A stretch of DNA of 36,471 bases, taken from assembly GCA_032718475.1 (NCBI GenBank), contig JAUCBJ010002943.1, positions 1 to 36,471 on the forward strand. Direction: 5' to 3'. Below are positions 10,764 to 19,748 of this stretch, piece after piece; position 1 is the first letter of the stretch, and each line of letters starts with the position of its first letter. The DNA comes from Nemertoderma westbladi. Taxonomy: Eukaryota > Animalia > Xenacoelomorpha. The translations under genes were made by a program, and so were the position numbers. The notes under the pieces are model-generated. The model had not been told where the DNA came from, made no database searches, and saw nothing but the letters and a program-made list of their open reading frames with translations.

Positions 10764-13281
10764 ATTACTTGGTGGTCCATTTGATATAACTTAGTCATAC
10801 GAAGTTAAGGTTCCAGAATACTACCAGTATGGCATACAACTGGTAACAAACAGGGGTACAATGGTACTAAATATAATTACTTGGTGGTCCATTTGATATA
10901 ACTTAGTCATACGAAGTTAAGGATCCAGAAAACTACCAGTATGGCATACAACTGGTAACAAACAGGGGTACAATGGTACTAAATATAATTACTTGGTGGT
11001 CCATTTGATATAACTTACTCATACGAAGTTAAGGTTCCAGAATACTACCATCGCGGCATATAACTGGTAACAAACAGGGGTACAATGGTAGTAAATATAA
11101 TTACTTGGTGGTCTATTTGATATAACTTAGTCATACGAAGTTAAGGTTCCAGAATACTACCAGTGTGGCATATAACTTACTCATACGAAGTTAAGGTTCC
11201 AGAATACTACCAGCGCGGCATACAACTGGTAACAAACGGGGATACAATGGTAGTAAATATAATTACTTGGTGGTCTATTTGATATAACTTAGTCATACGA
11301 AGTTAAGGTTCCAGAATACTACCAGTGTGGCATATAACTTACTCATACGAAGTTAAGGTTCCAGAATACTACCAGTATGGCATATAACTTACTCATACGA
11401 AGTTAAGGTTCCAGAATACTACCAGCGCGGCATACAACTGGTAACAAACAGGGGTACAATGGTAGTAAATATAATTACTTGGTGGTCCATTTGATATAAC
11501 TTAGTCATACGAAGTTAAGGTTCCAGAATACTACCAGTATGGCATACAACTGGTAACAAACGGGGATACAAGTGTAGTAAATATAATTACTTGGTGGCCT
11601 ATTTGATATAACTTAGTCATACGAAGTTAAGGTTCCAGAATACTACCAGCGCGGCATACAACTGGTAACAAACGGGGATACAAGTGTAGTAAATATAATT
11701 ACTTTGTGGTCTATTTGATATAACTTAGATATACGAAGTTAAGGTTCCAGAATACTACCAGTGTGGCATATAACTGGTAACAAACGGGGATACAATGGTA
11801 GTAAATATAATTATTAATTGGTGGTCTATTTGATATAACTTAGTCATACGAAATTAAGGTTCCAGAATACTACCAGCGCGGCATATAACTTACTCATACG
11901 AAGTTAAGGTTCCAGAATACCCAGTGTGGCATATAACTGGTAACAAACGGGGATACAATGGTAGTAAATATAATTATTAATTGGTGGTCTATTTGATATA
12001 ACTTAGTCATACGAAGTTAAGGTTCCAGAATACTACCAGCGAGGCATATAACTGGTAACAAATGGGGATACAATGGTAGTAAATATAATTATCAATTGGT
12101 GGTCTATTTGATATAACTTAGTCATACGAAGTTAAGGTTCCAGAATACTACCAGCGAGGCATATAACTGGTAACAAACGGGGATACAATGGTAGTAAATA
12201 TAATTATTAATTGGTGGTCTATTTGATATAACTTAGTCATACGAAGTTAAGGTTCCAGAATACTACCAGCGCGGCATATAACTTACTCATACGAAGTTAA
12301 GGTTCCAGAATACCCAGTGTGGCATATAACTGGTAACAAACAGGGATACAATGGTAGTAAATATAATTATTAATTGGTGGTCTATTTGATATAACTTAGT
12401 CATACGAAGTTAAGGTTCCAGAATACTACCAGCGAGGCATATAACTGGTAACAAACGGGGATACAATGGTAGTAAATATAATTATTAATTGGTGGTCTAT
12501 TTGATATAACTTAGTCATACGAAGTTAAGGTTCCAGAATAATACCAGCGCGGCATATAACTTAGTCATACGAAGTTAAGGTTCCAGAATACTACCAGCGC
12601 GGCATATAACTCACTCATACGAAGTTAAGGTTCCAGAATACTACCAGCGCGGCATATAACTGGTAACAAACAGGGGTACAATGGTAGTAAATATAATTAC
12701 TTGGTGGTCTATTTGATATAACTTAGTCATACGAAGTTAAGGTTCCAGAATACTACCAGCGCGGCATATAACTGGTAACAAACGGGGGTACAATGGTAGT
12801 AAATATAATTACTTGGTGGTCTATTTGATATAACTTAGTCATACGAAGTTAAGGTTCCAGAATACTACCAGCGCGGCATATAACTTACTCATACGAAGTT
12901 AAGGTTCCAGAATATTACCAGTGTGGCATATAACTGGTAACAAACGGGGATACAAGTGTAGTAAATACAGTATAATTACGTGGGGTCTATTTGATATAAC
13001 TTAGTCATACGAAGTTAAGGTTCCAGAATACTACCAGTGTGGCATATAACTTACTCATACGAAGTTAAGGTTCCAGAATACTACCAGCGCGGCATATAAC
13101 TGGTAACAAACGGGGGTACAATGGTAGTAATTATAATTACTTGGTGGTCTATTTGATATAACTTAGTCATACGAAGTTAAGGTTCCAGAATACTACCAGC
13201 GCGGCATATAACTGGTAACAAACAGGGGTACAATGGTAGTAAATTTAATTACTTGGTGGTCTATTTGATTTAACTTACTCA
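10761..13281 (+). repeat. Two-module tandem satellite: 27 x ~50-bp module X and 18 x 62-66-bp module Y (basic period 112 bp)
   Basis: X = TATAACTTASTCATACGAAGTTAAGGTTCCAGAATACTACCAGYRYGGCA; Y = TAYAACTGGTAACAAACRGGGRTACAATGGTASTAAATATAATTACTTGGTGGTCYATTTGA. Parsed by eye. Confidence 0.95.
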
Positions 13282-13290
13282 GACTCTACT

Positions 13291-13600
13291 AAAGCCTACC
13301 TCTGTAACATGCTCCTTTCCCCCAATTGGTAACAACACTGTTTATTGTTTTGGTTATAAAAGACTATCTATGTAACCTGATCCTTTCCCCCGATTGGTAA
13401 CAACATTGTTTATTGTTTTGGTTATAAAAGACTACCTCTGAAACCTGCTCCTTTCCCCAATTGGTAACAACACTGTTTATTGTTTTGGTTATATAAGGCT
13501 ACTGTACCTCTAAACCTGCTCATATCCTCCAATTGGTAACAACATTGTTTATTGTTTTGGTTATAAAAGCCTACCTCTTGTAACCTGCTCCTTTCCCCCA
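13291..13600 (+). repeat. 68-bp tandem repeat, ~4.5 copies (about 1.5 copies at 8772-8876)
   Basis: Unit AAAGMCTACCTCTGTAACCTGCTCCTTTCCCCCAATTGGTAACAACAYTGTTTATTGTTTTGGTTATA; starts at 13291, 13359, 13427, ~13495 and 13566. Confidence 0.9.
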
Positions 13601-13962
13601 GCACTGTTGACTGTTTAGTTGAAACTGCTATGTTGTATGTATTTAATTAAAATCATTTTCGTAGAGGGAAGTTAATTTGGGATTACTCTCTATCAGATGT
13701 AAGCAAAGCTGTTCTGTTCAGGGGTGGGTCATGGGACCCAAATATATTACATTATGCATGGCAAACATTAATAACATAATTCAGTCAACCTGAAGGGTAT
13801 TTGCTTTAGTTAACTCTACTGTGTGGTGCGAAAAACGAATTTATAATGTTACCCATACTTCAGGTGAATGAATTTTTAGATATTTTGTACTGAAGGCAAC
13901 GATTTCTGATATAATTAAAATACAAGACAGAGGCTTGTTTCGATACAGTATATGTAGTTGCT

Positions 13963-14275
13963 CCCTTCGAGCAGCATGTGAGTTAGTTAATCAAATAATA
14001 GACACAACGTTTGACTTTGTCCCTTCGTGCAGCACGTGAGTTTGGCTTTGATCCTTCGATATATGTATTTGCGCCCTTCGAGCAGCACGTGAGTTACATC
14101 AAATAATAGACACATTGTTTGACTTTGTCCCTTCGAGCAGCACGTGAGTTTTGATTTGACCCTTCTATATGTAATGTTGCGCCCTTCGAGCAGCACGTGA
14201 GTTACATCAAATAATAGACATACTGTTTGACTTTGTCCTTTCGAGCAGCACGTGAGTTTGGCTCTGACCCTTCCA
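13963..14275 (+). repeat. 108-bp dimeric tandem repeat, 6 copies of a 22-bp core containing CACGTG
   Basis: Cores at 13963, 14021, 14074, 14129, 14182 and 14237, separated by two alternating spacer types. Confidence 0.9.
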
Positions 14276-14288
14276 ACAGCGTGTGTCA

Positions 14289-14494
14289 ATCGAGCCGAAT
14301 CATACCGATCGAGCCGAATAAAACCAATCGAGGCGATCAAGCCGAGTCGAGCCGAACGGAGCCGAGTTGAGCCAGACTGAGCCGAGTCGACCCCAATCAA
14401 GCCTAGTCGAGCCCAATTGAGCCGGACCGAGCCAAGTCGAGCCCAATCGAGCCGGACTGAGCCAAGTTGAGCCAAATCGTGCCGAGTCAAGCCC
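14289..14494 (+). repeat. Degenerate 10-bp microsatellite (GAGCCGAGTC-like)
   Basis: About 20 copies of TCGAGCCGAR / TCAAGCCGAG variants. Confidence 0.9.
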
Positions 14495-16599
14495 ATGAGG
14501 ATATTCATAGGAATATGAAGGAATAAAGGGAATGAGGAAAAAGAACAAAAGAAAGAAAATGTCGGAGATGACAAAGGAAAGATTGAAAAACCGAATTCTA
14601 AGAGACAAAAAATAATTAAAAAAAGAAAATCTGTGAAGAAGAGGAGAAATCTAGTTTCGATGTCGCGGCTGGAGAAAGAAATAGAGAGAAACAAACTAGA
14701 TACTGAATTAAAAAGGCACTTCAACCAAAAAGAAAAAATGGCTTAATTTAGACTTTTGTGTTACTGTTTCGAATTGTTAATAACTAACGAGGCTAAATTA
14801 ATGAACAACAATTCATAAATAAACATTGGGGGGTGTATTTATGATTTTCTTTTTACCAAAGATAAGTAAAATGACGGCTCAAATATTTCAATGAAATTGT
14901 TAAATACAGAATTTCACGTTAGGGGGCGTTTATAAAGTATGTCACACAATGGGGGGGGGGGGGGGGGGGGGGGGGGGTCGAGCTAGCGTGACATTTTGTG
15001 ACACGTAGGGGAGGGGTGTGTTGAATTTGGTGACGATAGTCACGGCGATGTTCTATACTTTAATGTTAGTTTGCCCCAAGATAAAATTCCTTTAAATCTT
15101 TCCAAGTGAGGGCTCCATGGAGGATGTAGGCGGGAGGGGGGGGGGGGGGGGGGGTATCATTATCTGATTATTGGGATTGGATTACGTTATTTGAACTTAA
15201 CGACCACTAACAAACAATCTACGTAATGGATTAACCACTGTACTACAGTATTTGTAGTAAAGTATTGCTGTTATGCTTTGTTGCTGTTATATTTCTCTGC
15301 AAGCCAAAACCAATTGTCTTTGTGAACTACTGTACTAGCTACTGTACTACCACTGTAGGAGGGAATTCCTTGAAGTTTACCGCGTCTTCAATGTCCGAAC
15401 CTCAATAGTCAATAATACAGCCAGGACCGATGAGGCTATGCAAACCTTTAACAAATTTGTACAAAATAATTACCAAATCAAATTGATATTAAGACATATA
15501 GATAGATAGATAGATTTATTTATACATTATTTAAAAACAATAACAAATACACCAAACAATGTACCGGTATAAAGGTATTGTCCAACATAACATATAGGAT
15601 TACCCCTAAAGCTTTGCAGCTTATTTCCAAGGGGGTCCTTTATGTTATTTGGTTACAAATACAATATTACACTACGCTAAGCTAAAACAAGTATAAAACG
15701 TAATTACACTATGTACATGTACAACTTTACGGAGAGCGTGGCAATGCCCGACTCAACGATAAAGATATAATATACAGAACAATTTATTATAAAACATAAT
15801 TACAGTATAAATGGTAAAAAATTAATAAACTAATAACTTACTGTAGGACTATTGTACTGTACCTATTTTTAAATTGCACACGGAGGTGAGATAACGGGTT
15901 TTCTTGTACGCTGATTACGAATATGACACTAAAAAATATCCAACAAAATTCGATTTTTGTGTCTGCCTATGGATAATATATAATGCGTTATTCTAGAACA
16001 CATACGATTACTTATAACAAATTTATCTTGTCGGAGTATTTGCCTCCTGTAGGAGGCAAAATAAATACTGGTTTTCAAAGCTATAAACTCGCACTTTCAG
16101 GCATTTTTATTATTTATGCAGAGGGACGGGAGACGTATCCCCAACATATTGCTAAAATGTCACTAGTCCCATTTTCTGGTGGGTAATGAAGTGGAATTGA
16201 ATCCGCCCCCATGCTATCTTCCCGGTGAGAAGATAGCATCAACCTTAAGTGCGCTTCAATTCCGCTGGAACCCAATCTACTATCGGGTGTGGGGTGGAGT
16301 TCTTTTCTCGGGGTCGGCTTTCCAGGCCGCCCTCCCCCCTGGGTATGATATTACTACCCCTCCTTGGTGCAATCGCGAGCTATGTTGCACCAAGGTATCT
16401 GATGTCTCTATTTGAGACAATTGTGGACTCTCTTCACACAATTTTCTAGATCCTCTCTTTCTCGCGGACCTCGTTGTCCCTTACTCTCTCTCTTACTAAT
16501 CGCTCCCCAGTCCCCACACCGGAATTGCACTTTTCTCACCTCCTCACATGTCAACACCCGACATAACAACCCCAACTAGGCGTCGGGAACAAGCTTATC

Positions 16600-16870
16600 A
16601 AACTGATCTATCAAACTGTGAGGAGGAATCCGAAGAAAGTGAAAACTCATATCATATCTCGGATAGCCAGAAACACAGTGACCAACAGCGTAAAGGCTTG
16701 AAACAACTAAAACCGATAATTAAATCAACAACTTATAACGCTGGTTGCTTATTATGTAGTAAAGAGTCCCATAGGCTCCCGCACTGTCCAGACTTTATTC
16801 GAAAGTCTTTGGAGAAACGGAGAGAAACTGTAACCTCTTTAAGTGTACGTTTCAGATATGGCAAATCGAA
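16600..16870 (+). pseudogene. Bel/Pao LTR-retrotransposon Gag zinc-knuckle fragment
   Basis: CLLCSKESHRLPHCPDFIRKSLEKRRETVTSLSVRFRYG matches the CxxC...HxLxxCxxF...S...R...V.....CFxC signature, with the second knuckle decayed. Confidence 0.7.
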
Positions 16871-17256
16871 TGGTGACATTAGAATTTAATTCATACAATT
16901 ACTGACAATTTACTTGACATACATTCAATGACATACAATTTATTTTGCATATTGAGAGTTATATTGTTTTGTGGTTGAATAAGGAGCCAGATTAGGATAA
17001 GGTTGATGATGTTGTTACTGTGAATAGGTCAACAATGACAACTTTAACCATATATTGGAGGTCTTTATAGGATGCCATTACTCTGGCGATTGTTCACTGA
17101 AGTATTTATATATCATGATGTAGAAACTGACAAAGGAAAATAATATTTCAATTTTTGAATATATTTTTTTTACCATTTCATCCCTCAAGCTTACTTATTG
17201 ACCTCTCACACTTGTCAACCAGTATTCTATTTACTCTGCCATAAATTTGTTAATTT

Positions 17257-18501
17257 CTATTTGCCTATCTTGATAGGTTTACACCTAAATATATTAGTAT
17301 TCACAGCTTCACGGAAGCTTACAACTATAGCGTACATAAGATAAAAGTTAAGAGAATAAACAATAAACACCATGTCTTGAACATAGGATGTTCTGTTCAA
17401 GAACCGCTCATACTTTATGAAGTAAGTAATGTCTGCTGTGCTGGACATTGTTGTTAAATTACTGTGCAAATGGTACAAGTTAAAAGCTTCTATAACAAAT
17501 ACTATAAAAGAAACTATGTGAATAAGAGATAAAGTACCAGTTATCATAAGAAGTTTTATTGCATTCCACATCTTTAACATTGATGGTGATTGACGGTTTA
17601 ACCTAGCCACATTGTAAAACTTTGTTATCATTAGAACATCTATAATAAGTACAGCTATAAGTTGGGTGAGTAAAATATATGGAACAACATATCCCATAAT
17701 ATGATGAGCTGTGTTTATGTGCTCATTATTGGTTGTCCAATAATTATCAATTGCCCAATATTCAGTAACACCATCAACCATATGAATTTCACCTTTAAAA
17801 GCAATCATTTCTTGCCAATAGAGAGCAGCGCAGTAAACAACCACAATGATTAAAACTATATAAACCATTTTGGGATTTTTCGCTTTGGTATTTTTATACC
17901 ATAATGGAAAATACAAGGCAGCAATCCGTTCTAGACCCATAATTAAAGATAACAGTTGTGCAACAAAGGGAAATACCCAAGCGAGCAAGGGCCAACATAA
18001 TTGAAAAATCCAGTGCAACACATTAGAAGATTTGTAAACTAGATAAGAAACTCCATCGATTATTTCATAATCTGGGGTAGTTTTCACCCACCATGAGAGA
18101 GTTTCCCCACGTAGCAGTAACCTCCCAATACAACATAATGACTCCAGAATGGCATCAAGAATTAACATTTTGTAAAACAACGTGTTAAACGTCTTCTCAA
18201 GTAGAACTGTTGCTATGGTAATGGCATGACCGATTACACCAACTGCGACGAAGGTACAAATATATGGCGTGAGAATTCTTTCAAATACTTCATTAAATTC
18301 GTCGAATTGTTCTCCCTCGTTCAAGTATAGGTCATAATTGAAGTCTTTTAGTATCTTTTTGTAACGATCGTGGTATGCACTACGGGGAATATTGGCGATA
18401 TTATGAGGTTGAAGACCCATGTTGGTTTTATCAGTCATCTCACCAGCTGACGTCAAACATGTAAGAAAACCAATACACACTAGCAGTGATTGCGTTGTCA
18501 T
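17257..18501 (-). CDS. Single-exon rhodopsin-family (class A) 7TM GPCR, FMRFamide/sex-peptide/Srw-like, 414 aa with a putative signal peptide
   Basis: Uninterrupted ORF. The track's start at 18537 is TTG; the first ATG is at 18501 (MTTQSLLVCIGFLTCLTSA). Seven hydrophobic segments, including TM1 VGVIGHAITI, TM3 MGLERIAALYFPLWY and TM7/helix 8 SLNFYLMYAIVVSFRE. Confidence 0.85.
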   Translation of the reverse strand: MTTQSLLVCIGFLTCLTSAGEMTDKTNMGLQPHNIANIPRSAYHDRYKKILKDFNYDLYLNEGEQFDEFNEVFERILTPYICTFVAVGVIGHAITIATVLLEKTFNTLFYKMLILDAILESLCCIGRLLLRGETLSWWVKTTPDYEIIDGVSYLVYKSSNVLHWIFQLCWPLLAWVFPFVAQLLSLIMGLERIAALYFPLWYKNTKAKNPKMVYIVLIIVVVYCAALYWQEMIAFKGEIHMVDGVTEYWAIDNYWTTNNEHINTAHHIMGYVVPYILLTQLIAVLIIDVLMITKFYNVARLNRQSPSMLKMWNAIKLLMITGTLSLIHIVSFIVFVIEAFNLYHLHSNLTTMSSTADITYFIKYERFLNRTSYVQDMVFIVYSLNFYLMYAIVVSFREAVNTNIFRCKPIKIGK

Positions 18502-18742
18502 TATGTCCAATGGGATGTTGAAGAATGTATTATTCAAAGACTAAATGAATTTATCTAGTTATCATTCAATTGAATTTTTATCACTGTGCAGAAAGTATAA
18601 TTTATTAGATTACTATGACTAATAACTGGTTTCTAAGTACTTACGTTCAGTGGAGCCTTAAATTATAGCCAAAAGGAGTAGTGGTGACATTATGGGGCCC
18701 AAACAAGCTCTAGATTCAATCACTGGTCAGGACAGAATTGTT

Positions 18743-18800
18743 TGGTCCCAGTGGTGTAAGTGTCACAGTTTAGCTCTGCTCAGGTTCGATTCTTTGAGTT
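18743..18800 (+). mobile_element. Degenerate tRNA-derived SINE head (Pol III A and B boxes)
   Basis: A-box-like TGGTCCCAGTGG (18743-18754) and B-box-like GGTTCGATTC (18783-18792) at tRNA-like spacing; no complete cloverleaf. Confidence 0.35.
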
Positions 18801-19388
18801 GTACAAGACTGTTTGGACACATTAATGTAAGAGAAATGACGACGGCTTAGCTCAACACAACCATACCTATAATAATCTCTACTGTAAGCCTCCATGCATG
18901 GTTGTATGAAAGTTTGAATCTAGAATATGAATTTGAATAAAATGATTACGTTATCTAAACATTATATCTCCTTTGGCTTAGTGAAGAACTCGTATGGCCT
19001 TATAAACAGGATCAGGAGGCCCTGCATTATATAAGGTGATTTATACCATTAATTTACTGCAGCGGGTGATTTCTTTGAATACAGATAAGTAACAAAATAT
19101 GTTGAATAATATATTATATGCCTTTTAACAACCATTAGTGTTCTTAATGGACAATAATACATTATACATTACAGAAGAAGCATCGGTTCACGGTTGATGG
19201 CCCATCACCTTTTTGATGGCCTACAGTGGATATAAGCTATACAGTATGTAATGCGTTTACAGTTAATGTGTGCTAGCACTAATGAAATAATTATTCATTG
19301 CATAAATAGGAAAGAAAGTCTAATGAATAAAACATATATATCAGAGATGAATAAACATTATCCAAACTCAACCCCCCCCCCCCCCCCC

Positions 19389-19470
19389 CAGTGCCGGATT
19401 AACCTTAAGGCATATAAGGCACGTGCTTTAGGGCCAGCCGAAAATTCGGGCCATTTTTTCTCAGCCAGCG
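19389..19470 (+). mobile_element. hAT-type MITE 5' terminus
   Basis: CAGTGCCGGATTAACC...AGGCACGTGCTTTAGGGCC resembles the common CAGKGCCGGATT-type ends; it follows a poly-C run. Confidence 0.4.
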
Positions 19471-19748
19471 TGTCATTCCTGTAAAAAAATATTTTTATCT
19501 GAAAAGTCCAAATTTTTTCTCACTAAAATTTGTGGAAAACAGAGAAAGAAAGTGCATCTTTCACCTACTTTCTATCCCTAAACTTTTAAGTTATAGCCTA
19601 AAGTCAACTCTAAAATGGCAGGAGGTTTAGAGCTAGACAGCTGACGGCAAGACAGCTGGACAGAAAATGTTGAAATTTCAACTCGGTTGAAATAGAACTT
19701 CCCCACGACTGTACTGCTGTATATATGGTCTAGTTAATATCGATCGAT

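Larger units (their letters stand above)
13508..15774 (+). repeat. Direct repeat A, copy 2 (A')
   Basis: Colinear with 8783-10763 and longer because of internal repeats. Confidence 0.95.

Noticed and set aside
10785-10810. True loxP site or vector contamination
   Set aside because: The arms are incomplete, the 8-bp spacer is missing, and the motif sits in a diverged natural tandem array with no vector sequence.
10761-13281. CRISPR array
   Set aside because: The 'spacers' are near-identical modules rather than unique sequences, there are no cas genes, and the context is eukaryotic.
13963-14275. Mini-CRISPR (22-bp repeat with ~33-bp spacers)
   Set aside because: Spacers alternate between two related types, giving a 108-bp dimeric VNTR.
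13987-14724. 245-aa minus-strand ORF (and the related 9250-9561) as a gene
   Set aside because: It runs through a microsatellite and VNTR, has a TTG start and is low complexity; the frame is open because of the repeats.
16399-16420. Hammerhead ribozyme cores at CTGATG (16399) and CTGATGA (31516)
   Set aside because: No correctly placed GAAA or stem I/III pairing after stem II.
18743-18815. Functional tRNA gene
   Set aside because: A/B-box-like motifs are present, but no acceptor or anticodon stems could be formed.
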